In this document: in pieces, positions 13,701-25,556 of the stretch
Position numbering within the stretch: position 1 is the stretch's first letter
Layout: the number at the start of each line of letters is the position of its first letter
Assembly: GCA_964016885.1 (NCBI GenBank)
Contig: OZ024757.1
Location: 42,718,001 to 42,782,000, forward strand
DNA from: Eledone cirrhosa
Taxonomy: Eukaryota
Length of the DNA: 64,000 nucleotides
Reading direction: 5' to 3'
Program-made: the position numbers and the translations under genes
Notes under the pieces: generated by a model
What the model saw: the letters and a program-made list of their open reading frames with translations, nothing else
Database searches by the model: none
What the model was told of the DNA's origin: nothing

Positions 13701-16137
13701 TGCGCATGCGCCAAAGCCGCCGACCCGTAGTGCGCATGCGCCCAGACCGCCGGACCATACTGCGCATGCGCCAAGGCCGCCAGAGCGTAGTGCTCATGCG
13801 TCAAATTCGCCGGACCGCAGTGCGCATGCGCCAAATTCGCCGGACCGCAGTGCGCATGCGCCAAAGCCGCTGGACCGTACTGCGCATGCGCCAAGGCCGC
13901 CGGACCGTAGGGCACATGCGCCAAAGACGCCGAACCGTCGTGCCCATGCGCCAAGACCGCCAGATCGTACTGCGCATGCCCCAAGGCCGCCGCACCGTAG
14001 TGCGCATGCGACAAGGCCGCAGTACCGTAGTGCGCATGCGCCAAGGCCACCGGACCGTACTGCGCATGCGCCAAGGCCACCGGGCCGTACTGCGCATGCG
14101 CCAAAGCCGCCGACCCGTGGTGCGCATGCGCCAAAGCAGCCGGACCGTAGTGCACATGCGCCAAGGCCGCCGGACCGTAGTGCGCATGCGCCAGAGCCGC
14201 CGAACCGTGGTGCGCATGTGCCAAAGCCGCCGGACCATACTGCGCATGCGCCAAGGCCGCCGGACCGTAGTGCGCATGCGCCAAGGCCGCCGGACCGTAG
14301 TGCGCATGCGCCAAGGCCGCCTAACTGTACTGCGCATGCGTCAAGGTCGCAGTACCGTACTGCGCATGCGCTAAGGCCGCCGGACCGTACTGCGCATGCG
14401 CCAAGGCCGCTGGACCGTAGTGCGCATGCGCCAAAGCCGTAGTGCGCATGCGCCAAGGCCGCCGGACCAGACTGCGCATGCGCCAAGGCCGCCGGACCGT
14501 ACTGCGCATGCGTCAAGGTCGCAGTACCGTACTGCGCATGCGTCAAGACCACAGTACCGAACTGCGCATGCGCTAAGGCCGCCGGACCGTAGTGCGCATG
14601 CGCCAAGGCCGCCTGGTTGTACTGCGCATGCCCCAAGGCCGCCCGACCGTAGTGCGCATGCGCCAAGGCCGCCTGACTGTACTGCGCATGAGTCAAGGTC
14701 GCAGTACCGAACTGCGCATGCGCCAAGGCAGCCGGACCGTAGTGCGCATGCGCCAAAGCCGCCGAACCGTAGTGCGCATGCGCCCAAGCCGCCGGACCGT
14801 AGTGCGCATGCGCCAAGGCCACCGGACCGTACTGCGCATGCTCCAAGGCCGCCGGACCGTAGTTCGCATGCGCCAGAGCCGCAGAACCGTAGTGCACATG
14901 CGCCAAGCCCGCCGGACCGTAGTGCGCATGTTCCAAGACCGCCGGATCTTACTGCGCATGCCCCAAGGCCGTCGGACCGTAGTGCGCAAGTGCCAAGGTC
15001 GCCAGACCGTAGTGCGCATGCGCCAAGACCGCCGAACCGTACTGCGCATGCGCCAGGGCCGCCGAACCGTACTGCGCATGCGGCAAAGCCGCCGAACCGT
15101 AGTGCGCATGCGCCAAGGCCGCATGACCGTAGTGCGCCAAGGCCGCCCAACCGTAGTGCGCATGGGCCAACTCGCCCGACCGTACTGCGCATGCGCCAGA
15201 GCCGCCGAACCGTAGTGCACATGCGCCAAGCCCGCCGGACCGTAGTGCGCATGCGTCAAGCCCGCCGGACCTTAGTGCGCATGCGCCAAGGCCGCCTGAC
15301 TGTACTGCGCATGCGTCAAGGTCCCAGTACCGAACTGCGCATGCGCTAAGGCCACCGGACCGTACTGCGCATGCGCCAAGGCCGCTGGACCGTAGTGCGC
15401 ATGCGAAAAGGCCGCCGGACCATACTGCGCATGCGCCAAAGCCGCCGGACTGTAGTGCGCATGCGCCAAGACCGCCAACCTGTACTGCGCATGCGCCAAG
15501 GCCGCCGGACCGTAGTGCGCATGCGCCAAGGCCATCTAACTGTACTGCGCATGCGTCAAGGTCGCAGTACTGAACTGCGCATGCGCTAAGGCCGCAGGAC
15601 CGTACTGCGCATGCGCCAAGGCCCCCGGACCTCAGTGCGCATGCGCCAGAGCCGCCGAACCGTAGTGCACATACGCCAAGCCCGCCGGACCGTAGTGCGC
15701 ATGCGCCAAGGCCGCCTGACTGTACTGCGCATGCGTCAAAGTCGCAGTACCGAACTGCGCATGCGGTAAGGCCGCCGGACCGTACTGCACATGCGCCAAG
15801 TTCGCCGGACCTTAGTGCGCATGCGCCAAAGACGCCGAACCGTCGTGCCCATGCGCCAAGACAACCGGACCGTACTGCGCATGCGCCAAGGCCGCCGAAT
15901 CGTACTGCGCATGCGCCAAAGCCGCCGACGCGTAGTGCGCATGCGCCAAATCAGCCGGACCGTAGTGCGCATGCGCCAAATCAGCCGGACCGTAGTGCGC
16001 ATGCGCCAAGGCCACCGGACCGTACTGCGCATGCTCCAAGACCGCCGGATCGTACTGCGCCTGCCCCAAGGCCATCGGACCATAGTGCGCATGTGCCAAG
16101 GCCGCCAGACCGTAGTGCGCATGCTCCAAGACCGCCG
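4762..16137 (+). repeat. Diverged direct duplication of ~3 kb: ~4762-7818 vs ~13201-16137
   Basis: Near-identical ORF translations at offsets 8,439 (5123/13562) and 8,319 (5899/14218, 6273/14592, 7472/15791); offsets differ by whole monomers. Confidence 0.85.
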
Positions 16138-16719
16138 GATCTTACTGCGCATGCCCCAAGGCCGTCGGACCGTAGTGCGCATATGCCAAGCCGCCAGACC
16201 GTAGTGCGCATGCGCCAAGACCGCCGAACCGTAGTGCGCATGCGCCAAGACCGCCGAACCGTACTGCGCATGCGCCAAGTCCGCCGAACCGTACTGCGCA
16301 TGCGCCAAAGCCGCCGAACCGTAGAGCGCATGCGCCAAAGCCGCTGGACCGTAGTGCGCATGCGCCAAGTCCGCATGACCGTAGTGCGCATGGGCCAAGG
16401 CCGCCCAACCGTAGTGAGCATGGGCCAAAGCCGCCCGACCGTACTGCGCATGCGCTAAGTCCGCAGTACCGTACTGCGCATGCTACAAGGCCGCAGTACC
16501 GTACTGCGCATGCGACAAGGCCGCAGTACCGTAGTGCGCATGCGCCAAGGCCACCGGACCGTAGTGCGCATGAGCCAAGGCCGCCGGACCGTACTGCGCA
16601 TGCGCCAAGGCCGCCGGACCGTAGTTCGCATGCGCCAGAGCCGCCGAACCGTAGTGCACATGCGCCAAACCCGCCGGACCGTAGTGCGCATGCGCCAAGC
16701 CCGCCGGAACGTAGTGCGC

Positions 16720-17150
16720 ATGCGCCAAGGCCGCCTGACTGTACTGCGCATGCGTCAAGGTCCCAGTACCGAACTGCGCATGCGCTAAGGCCACCGGACC
16801 GTACAGGGCATGCGCCAAGGCCGCCGGACCGTAGTGCGCATGCGCCAAGGCCGCCGTACCATACTGCGCATGCGACAAAGCCGCCGGACCGTAGTGAGCA
16901 TGCGCCAAGGCCGCCTAACTGTACTGCGCATGCGCCAAGGCCGCCTGACTGTACTGCGCATGCGTCAAGGTCCCAGTACCGAACTGCGCATGCGCTAAGG
17001 CCACCGGACCGTACAGGGCATGCGCCAAGGCCGCCGGACCGTAGTGCGCATGCGCCAAGGCCGCCGTACCATACTGCGCATGCGACAAAGCCGCCGGACC
17101 GTAGTGAGCATGCGCCAAGGCCGCCTAACTGTACTGCGCATGCGCCAAGG
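16720..17150 (+). repeat. 210-bp (7-monomer) tandem duplication
   Basis: Rare variants GTACAGGGCA, CCGTACCATAC and GTAGTGAGCA recur at +210 (16801/17011); ORFs 16810 and 17020. Confidence 0.85.
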
Positions 17151-19216
17151 CCACCTAACTACTGCGCATGCGTCAAGGTCGCAATACCGAACTGCGCATG
17201 CACTAAGGCCGCCGGACCGTACTGCGCATGCGCCAAGGCCGCCGGACCGTAGTGCGCATGCGCCGAACCGTAGTGCGCATGCGTCAAGGCCGCCGGACCA
17301 TACTGTGCATGCGCGGCGGCCGCCGAACGGTAGTGCGCATGCGCCAAGGCCGCCTGATTGTACTGCGCATGCGCCAAAGTCGCCGGACCGTAGTGCGCAT
17401 GCGCCAAGGCCGCCTGACTGTACTGCGCATGCGTCAAAGCCGCAGTACCGAACTGCGTATGGGCTAAGGCCGCCACCGTACTGCGCATGCGCCAAGGCCG
17501 GCGGACCGTACTGCGCATGCGCCAAGGCCGCCGGACCATACTGCGCATGCGCCAAGGCCGCCGGACCGTAGTGCGCATGCGCCAAGGCCGCCGGACCGTA
17601 GTGCGCATGCGCCAAGGCCGCCGGACCAGACTGCGCATGCGCCAAGGTCGCCTGACTGTACTGCGCATGCGTGAAGACCACAGTACCGAACTGCGCATGC
17701 GCTAAGGCCGCCGGACCGTAGTGCGCATGCGCCAAGGCCGCCTGGTTGTACTGCGCATGCCCCAAGGCCGCCCGACCGTAGTGCGCATGCGTCAAGGCCG
17801 CCGAACCGTAGTGCGCATGCGCCTAAGCCGCCGGACCATACTGCGCATGCGCCAAGGCCGCCGGACCGTAGTGCGCATGCGCCAAGGCCGCCTGACTGTA
17901 CTGCGCATGCGTCAAGGCCGCAGTACCGAACTGCGCATGCGCTAAGGCCGCCGGACCGTAGTGCGCATGCTCCAGGACCGCCGGATATTACTGCGCATGC
18001 CCCAAGGCCGCCAGACCGTAGTGCGCATGCGCCAAGACCGCCGAACCGTACTGCGCATGCGCCAAGGCCGCCGAACCGTAGGGCGCATGCGCCAAAGCCG
18101 CTGGACCGTAGTGCGCATGAGCCAAGGCCGCCGGACCGTACTGCGCATGCGCCAAGGCCGCCGGACCGTAGTTCGCATGCGCCAGAGCCGCCGAACCGTA
18201 GTGCACATGCGCCAAGCCCGCCGGACCGTAGTGTGCATGCGCCAAGCCCGCCGGACCGTAGTGCGCATGCGCCGAGGCCGCCTGACTGTACTGCGCATGC
18301 GTCAAGGTCCCAGTACCGAACTGCGCATGCGCTAAGGCCACCGGACCATACTGCGCATGCGCCAAGGCCGCCGGACCGTAGTGCGCATGCTACAAGGCCG
18401 CAGTACCGTACTGCGCATGCTACAAGGCCGCAGTACCGTACTGCGCATGCGACAAGGCCGCAGTACCGTAGTGCGCATGCGCCAAAGCTGCCGGACCGTA
18501 GTGCGCATGCGCCAAGGCCGCCTGACTGTACTGCGCATGCGCCAAGGCCGCCGGACCGTAGTGCGCATGCGCCAAGGCCACCTAACTACTGCGCATGCGT
18601 CAAGGTCGCAGTACCGAACTGCGCATGCGCTAAGGCCGCCGGACCGTACTGCGCATGCGCCAGGGCCGCCGGACCGCAGTGCGCATGCGCCAAGGCCGCC
18701 GGACGGTAGTGCGCATGCGCCAAGGCCGCCTGACTGTACTGCGCATGCGTCAAGGTCGCAGTACCGAACTGCGCATGCGCTAAGGCCGCCGGACCGTACT
18801 GCGCATGCGCCAAGGCCGCCGGACCGTAGTGCGCATGCGCCAAGGCCGCCGGACCAGACTGCGCATGCTCCAAGGCCGCCGGACCGTACTGCGCATGCCC
18901 CAAGGCCGCCTGGTTGTACTGCGCATGCTCCAGGCCGCCCGACCGTTGTGCGCATGCGCCAAGGCCGCCCGACCGTAGTGCGCATGCGCCAAGGCCGCCT
19001 GACTGTACTGCGCATGCGCCAAGGTCGCTGGACCGTAGTGCGCATGCTCAAAGACCACCGGATCGTAGTGCGCATGCGCCATGGCCGCCGGACCGTACTG
19101 CGCAGGCGCCAAGGCCGCCGAACCGTAGTGCGCATGCGCCAAGGCCGCCGGACCATAGTGCGTATAAGCCAAGGCCGTCGGACCGTAGTGCGCATGCGCC
19201 AAGGCCAGCTGACCGT

Positions 19217-19822
19217 CATTTGTCATTTTAGTCGTTTTAGAGTCATTTTAATCATTTATGATGCTGTTGTAGCCTTTCTAGAGTTATTTTAGTAATTTAT
19301 GATTCACTTTAACCCTTTTAGAGCCATTTATAGTCATTTTAGACGTTTCAGTCGTGTTAGAGTCATTCTAGTCAATTATGATACGGTTTTAGCATTTTAG
19401 TCATTGATGATGACGTTTTAGTCATTTATGATGCAGTTTCAGCCATTCTGTTGTAATATGGCAACATAAATGATTAAATGGCTCTAAAATGGCTAAAACA
19501 GCATCATATTTGACAAAAATGACTCGTAAATGAGTAAAACGGTATCATAAATGACTAAAATAACTCTAGAAAGGCTACTACAGCATCATAAATGATTAAA
19601 ATGACTCTAAAACGACTAAAACGTCTAAAATGACAAAAATGGCTTTAATATAGCTTAAACTGCATCATAAATGACTCAAACGATTAAAATGACTCCGAAA
19701 TGGCTAAAAATGACATCATAAATGGCTAAAATGACACTAAAGTGGCTAAAACGGACTGTTAAATTGCTAAATTGTCTCTAAAATGGCTAAAACGTCTTCA
19801 TAAATAAATAAAATGGCTAAAA
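19217..19822. repeat. AT-rich island 1 (606 bp): atypical left end, no inverted 30-mer arm
   Basis: T-tract-rich left half and A-tract-rich right half of a degenerate 41-bp repeat; matches the other islands from ~19315 onward. Confidence 0.95.
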
Positions 19823-22800
19823 CGTGGGTGCCGGACCGTAGTGCGCATGCGCCAAGGCCGCCGGACCGTAATGCGCATGCGCCAAGGCCGCCGGACCGTA
19901 GTGCGCATGCGCCAAGGCCGACTGACTGTACTGCGTATGTGTCATCGTCGCAGTACCGAACTGCGCATGCGCCAAGGCCGCCGGACCGTACTGCGCATGC
20001 GCCAAGGCCGCCGGACCGTAGTGCGCATGCGCCAAGGCCGCCGGACCGTAGTGCGCATGCACCAAGGCGGCCTGACTGTACTGCGCATGCATCAAGGTCC
20101 CAGTACCGTACTGCGCATGCGCAAAGGCCGCCGGACCGTAGTGCGCATGCGCCAAGGCCGCCGGACCGTAGTGCGCATGCGCCAAGGCCGCCGGACCATA
20201 CTGCGCATGCGCCAAGGCGGCCTGACTGTACTGCACATGCGTCAAGTTCGCAGTACCGAACTGCGCATGCGCTAAGGCCGCCGGACCGTACTGCGCATGC
20301 GCCAAGGGCGCCGGACCATAGGGCGCATGCGCCAAAGCCGCCGAACCGTAGTGCGCATGCGCCCCGGCCGCCGGACCGTACTGCGCATGCGCCAGAGCCG
20401 CCGAACCGTACTGCGCATGCGCCAAGGTCGCCGGACCATGCTGTGCATGCGCCAAGGCCGCCGGACCGTAGTGCTCATGCGCCAAGGCCGCCAGACCGTA
20501 GTGCGCATGCGCCAAGGCCGCCGAATCGTACTGCGCGTGCGCCAAGGCCGCCGAACCGCACTGCGCATGCGCCAAGGCCGCCGACCCTTAGTGCGCATGC
20601 GCCAAGGCCGCCGGACCGTACTGCGCATGCGCCAAGGCCGCCGGACCGTAGTGCGCATGCGCCAAGGCCGCCGGACCATACTGCGCATGCCCCAAGGCCG
20701 CCGGACCATAGTGCGCATGCGCCAAGGCCGCCTAACTGTACTGCGCATGCGTCAAGGTCGCAGTACCAAACTGCGCATGCGCCAAGGCCGCCGGACCGTA
20801 GTGCGCATGCGCCAAAGCCGCCGAACCGTAGTGCGCATGCGCAAAGGCCGCCGGACCAAACTGCGCATGCGCCAAGGCCGCCCACCGTAGTGCGCATGCG
20901 CTAAGGCCGCCTGACTGTACTGCGCATGCGTCAGACCACAGTACCGAGCTGCGCATGCGCTAAGGCCGCCGGACCGTAGTGCGCATGCGCCAAGGCCGCC
21001 GGACCAGACTGCGCATGCGCCGCTGTCGCTGGACCGTAGTGCGCATGCGCCAAGGCCGCCTGACTGTACTGCGCATGAGTCAAGGTCGCAGTACCGAACT
21101 GCGCATGCGCTAAGGCCGCCGGACCGTACTGCGCATGCGCCAAGGCAGCCGGACCGTAGTGCGCATGCGCCAAAGACGCCGAACCGTAGTGCGCATGCGC
21201 CCAAGCCGCCGGACCATACTGCGCATGCACCAAGGCCGCCGGACCGTACTGCGCATGCGCCAAGGCCGCCGAACCGTACTGCGCATGCGCCAAAGCCGCC
21301 GAACCGTAGTGCGCATGCGCCAAAGCCGCTGGACCGTAGTGCGCATGCGCCAAGGCCGCCGGACCGTAGTGCGCATGCGCCAAGGCCGCCGGACCATACT
21401 GCGCATGCGCCAAGGCCGCCGGACCGTAGTGCGCATGCGCCAAGGCCGCCGGACCGTAGTGCGCATGCGCCAAGGCCGGCGGACCAGACTGCGCATGCGC
21501 CAAGGCCGCCTGACTGTACTGCGCATGCGTGAATACCACAGTACCGAACTGCGCATGCGCTAAGGCCGCCGGACCTTAGTGCGCATGCGCCAAGGCCGCC
21601 TGGTTGTACTGCGCATGCCCCAAGGCCGCCCGACCGTAGTGCGCATGCGTCAAGGCCGCCGAACCGTAGTGCGCATGCGCCAAGGCCGCCGGACCGTAGT
21701 GCGCATGCGCCAAGGCCGCCTGACTGTACTGCGCATGCGTAACTGCGCATGCGCTAAGGCCGCCGGACCGTAGTGCGCATGCTCCAGGACCGCCGGATAT
21801 TACTGCGCATGCCCCAAGGCCGTCGGATCGTAGTGCGCAAGTGCCAAGGCCGCCAGACCGTAGTGCGCATGCGCCAAGACCGCCGAACCGTACTGCGCAT
21901 GCGCCAAGGCCGCCGAACCGTACTGCGCATGCGCCAAAGCCGCCGAACCGTAGAGCGCATGCGCCAAAGCCGCTGGACCGTAGTGCGCATGCGCCAAGGC
22001 CGCATGACCGTAGTGCGTCAAGGCCGCCCAACCGTAGTGCGCATGGGCGAAAGCCGCCCGACCGTACTGCGCATGCGCCAAGGCCGCAGTACCGTAGTGC
22101 GCATGCTACAAGCCGCAGTACCGTATTGCGCATGCGACAAGGCCGCAGTACCGTAGTGCGCATGCTACAAGCCGCAGTACCGTATTGCGCATGCGACAAG
22201 GCCGCAGTACCGTAGTGCGCATGCGCCAAGGCCACCGGACCGTAGTGCGCATGAGCCAAGGCCGCCGGACCGTACTGCGCATGCGCCAAGGCCGCCGGAC
22301 CGTAGTTCGCATGCGCCAGAGCCGCCGAACCGTAGTGCACATGCGCCAAGCCCGCCGGACCGTAGTGCGTATGCGCCAAGCTCGCCGGACCGTAGTGCGC
22401 ATGCGCCAAGGCCGCCTGACTGTACTGCGCATGCGTCAAGGTCCCAGTACCGAACTGCGCATGCGCTAAGGCCACCGGACCGTACTGCGCATGCGCCAAG
22501 GCCGCCGGACCGTAGTGCGCATGCTACAAGGCCGCAGTACCGTACTGCGCATGCTACAAGGCCGCAGTACCGTACTGCGCATGCGACAAGGCCGCAGTAC
22601 CGTAGTGCGCATGCGGCAAAGCCGCCGGACCGTAGTGCGCATGCGCCAAGGCCGCCTGACTGTACTGCGCATGCGCCAAGGCCGCCGGACCGTAGTGCGC
22701 ATGCGCCAAGGCCACCTAACTACTGCACATGCGTCAAGGTCGCAGTACCGAACTGCGCATGCGCTAAGGCCGCCGGACCGTACTGCGCATGCGCCAGGGC

Positions 22801-24017
22801 CGCCGGACCGCAGTGCGCATGCGCCAAAGCCGCCGAACCGTAGTGCGCATGCGCCAAGGCCGCCGGACCATACTGCGCTTGCGCCGCGGCGGCCGGACCG
22901 TAGTGCGCATGCGCCAAGGCCGCCGGACGGTAGTGCGCATGCGCCAAGGCCGCCTGACTGTACTGCGCATGCGTCAAGGCCGCAGTACCGAACTGCGTAT
23001 GGGCTAAGGCCGCCGGACCGTAGTGCGCATGCGCCAAGGCCGCCGGACAGTAGTGCGCATGCGCCAAGGCCGCCTAACTACTGCGCATGCGTCAAGGTCG
23101 CAGTACCGAACTGCGCATGCGCCAAGGCCGCCGGACCGTTGTGCGCATGCGCCAAGGCCGCTGGACCAGACTGCGCATGCTCCAAGGCCGCCGGACCGTA
23201 CTGCGCATGAGTCAAGGTCGCAGTACCGAACTGCGCATGCGCTAAGGTTGCCGGACCGTACTCCGCATGCGCCAAGGCAGCCGGACCGTAGTGCGCATGC
23301 GCCAAAGCCGCCGAACCGTAGTGCACATGCGCCCAAGCCGCCGGACCATACTGCGTATGCGCCAAGGCCGCCGGACCGTAGTGTGCATGCGCCCAGGCCG
23401 CCTGACTGTACTGCGCATGCGCCCAGGCCGCCGGACCGTACTGCGCATGCGCCAAGGCCGCCGGACCGTACTGCGCATGCGCCAAGGCCGCCGGACCGTA
23501 CTGCGCATGCGCCAAGGCCGCGGGACCGTACTGCGCATGCGCCAAGGCCGCGGGACCGTACTGCGCATGCGCCAAGGCCGCCGGACCGTAGTGCGCATGC
23601 GCCAAGGCCGCCGGACCGTACTGCGCATGCGCCAAGGCCGCTGAACCGTACTGCGCATGCGCCAAGGCCGCTGAACCGTACTGCGCATGCCCCAAGGCCG
23701 TCGGACCGTAGTCCGCATGTGCCAAGGCCGCCAGACCGTAGTGCGCATGCGCCAAGGCCGCCGAACCGTACTGCGCATGAGCCAAGGCCGCCGAACCGTA
23801 CTGCGCATGAGCCAAGGCCGCCGAACCGTACTGCGCATGCGCCAAGGCCGCCGAACCGTACTGCGCATGCGCCAAAGCCGCCGGACCGTAGTGCGCATGC
23901 GCCAAAGCCGCTGGACCGTAGTGCGCATGCGCCAAGGCCACTGGACCGTACTGCGCATGTGCCAAGGCCGCTGCGGTAGTGCGCATGCGCCAAGGCCGCC
24001 GGACCTTTGTGCGCGTG

Positions 24018-24984
24018 CGGTTCGGCGGCCTTGGCGCATGCGCACTACGGTTCGGCGGCTTTGACGCACACGCACTACGTTCCGGCAGATTTGGCGCACG
24101 CACACTACGGTCCGGCGGTCTTGGCGCATGCGCACTTCGGTCCGGCGACCTTGCCGCATGCGCACTACGTTCCGGTGGCCTTGGCACATGCGCAGTACGG
24201 TCCGGCGGCTTTTGCGCATGCTCACTACGGTCTGGCAGCCTTGGCGCATGCGCACTACGGTCCAGCGGTCTTGGCGCATGCGCACTACGTTCCGGTGGCC
24301 TTGGCGCATGCGCAGTACGGTCCAGTGGCCTTGGCGCATGCGTAGTAAGGTCCGGCGCCCTTAGCGCATGCGCAGTACGGTCCGGAGCCTTTGCGCATGC
24401 GCACTACTGTCCGGTGGCCTTGGCGCATGCGCACTACGGTCCGACGGCCTTGGCGCATGCGCACTAAGGTCCGGCGGCTTTGGTGCATGCGCACTACGGT
24501 CTGGCATCATTGGCGCATGCGCAGTACGGTCCGGCGGCCTTGGCGCATGCGCACTACGGTCCGGTGGCCTTGGCGCATGCGCACTACGGTCCGGCGGCCT
24601 TGGCGCATGCGCACTAAGGTCCGGCGGCTTTGGTGCATGCGCACTACGGTCTGGCATCATTGGCGCATGCGCACTACGGTCCGGCGGCCTTGGCGCATGC
24701 GCAGTACGGCCCGGCAACCTTGGCGTATGCGCACTACGGTCTGTCGGCCTTGGCGCATGCGCACTACTGTCCGACGGCCTTGGCGCATGCGCAGTACGGT
24801 CCAGCGGCCTTGACGCATGCGCACTACGGTCCGGCGGCCTTGGCGCATGCGCACTACGGTCTGGCAGCCTTGGCGCATGCGCACTACGGTCTGGCAGCCT
24901 TGGCGCATGCGCACTACGGTCCGACGTCCTTGGCGCATGCGTACTACGGTCCGACGTCCTTGGCGCATGTGCAGTACGGTCCGG
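24018..24984 (-). repeat. Inverted 30-mer arm preceding island 2
   Basis: Reverse-complement monomers (TTGGCGCATGCGCACTACGGTCCGGCGGCC) from junction GGACCTTTGTGCGCGTG|CGGTT up to the island. Confidence 0.95.
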
Positions 24985-25556
24985 ATGACTTTTTAGCCAT
25001 TTTAAGCCTTTATGTTGCCATATTTAGCCATTTTTGAGTCATTTTAGTAATTTATGATGCAGTTTTTACCATTTTAGAGCCATTTATAGTCATTTTAGAC
25101 GTTTCAGTCGTGTTAGAGTCATTCTAGTCAATTATGATACGGTTTTAGCATTTTAGTCGTTGATGATGACGTTTTAGTCATTTATGATGCAGTTTCAGCC
25201 ATTCTGTTGTAATATGGCAACATAAATGATTAAATGGCCCTAAAATGGCTAAAACAGCATCATATTTGACAAAAATGACTCGTAAATGAGTAAAACGGTA
25301 TCATAAATGACTAAAATAACTCTAGAAAGGCTACTACAGCATCATAAATGATTAAAATGACTCTAAAACGACTAAAACGTCTAAAATGACAAAAATGGCT
25401 TTAATATAGCTTAAACTGCATCTTAAATGACTAAAACTACTAAAATGACCCCGAAATGGCTAAAATGACACTAAAGTGGCTAAAACGGACTGTTAAATTG
25501 CTAAATTGTCTCTAAAATGGCTAAAACGTCTTCATAAATAAATAAAATGGCTAAAA
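24985..25556. repeat. AT-rich island 2 (572 bp, short type)
   Basis: ATGACTTTTTAGCC...ATGGCTAAAA; internally inverted 41-bp subrepeats. Confidence 0.96.

Larger units (their letters stand above)
1..19216 (+). repeat. Island-free forward 30-bp satellite domain with a mosaic of multi-kb diverged duplications
   Basis: Forward monomers except for two ~110-bp inverted patches; domain-restricted variants such as AAATTCGCCGGACCGCA near 1008-1090, 5425-5470, 8935-9010 and 13803-13850. Confidence 0.95.

Noticed and set aside
19797-19813. Overlapping AATAAA hexamers near the island's right end as a polyadenylation signal
   Set aside because: They fit a degenerate TAAATGAC-TAAAATG subrepeat in very A-rich sequence, and there is no upstream gene
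19813-20904. Recurrent MAKTWVPDR... ORF starting at the right end of every island, behind an AT-rich promoter-like region
   Set aside because: The ATG is part of the island subrepeat TAAAATGGCT; ORF length varies (144-363 aa) and the product is only satellite translation. Transcription from islands cannot be excluded but is unsupported
24985-25556. Island as a classical MITE, SINE or solo LTR
   Set aside because: No terminal inverted repeats at the island's own ends, no TG...CA termini, no pol III A/B boxes or poly-A tail, and no unambiguous target-site duplication (flanking CCGG is explained by the inverted arms)
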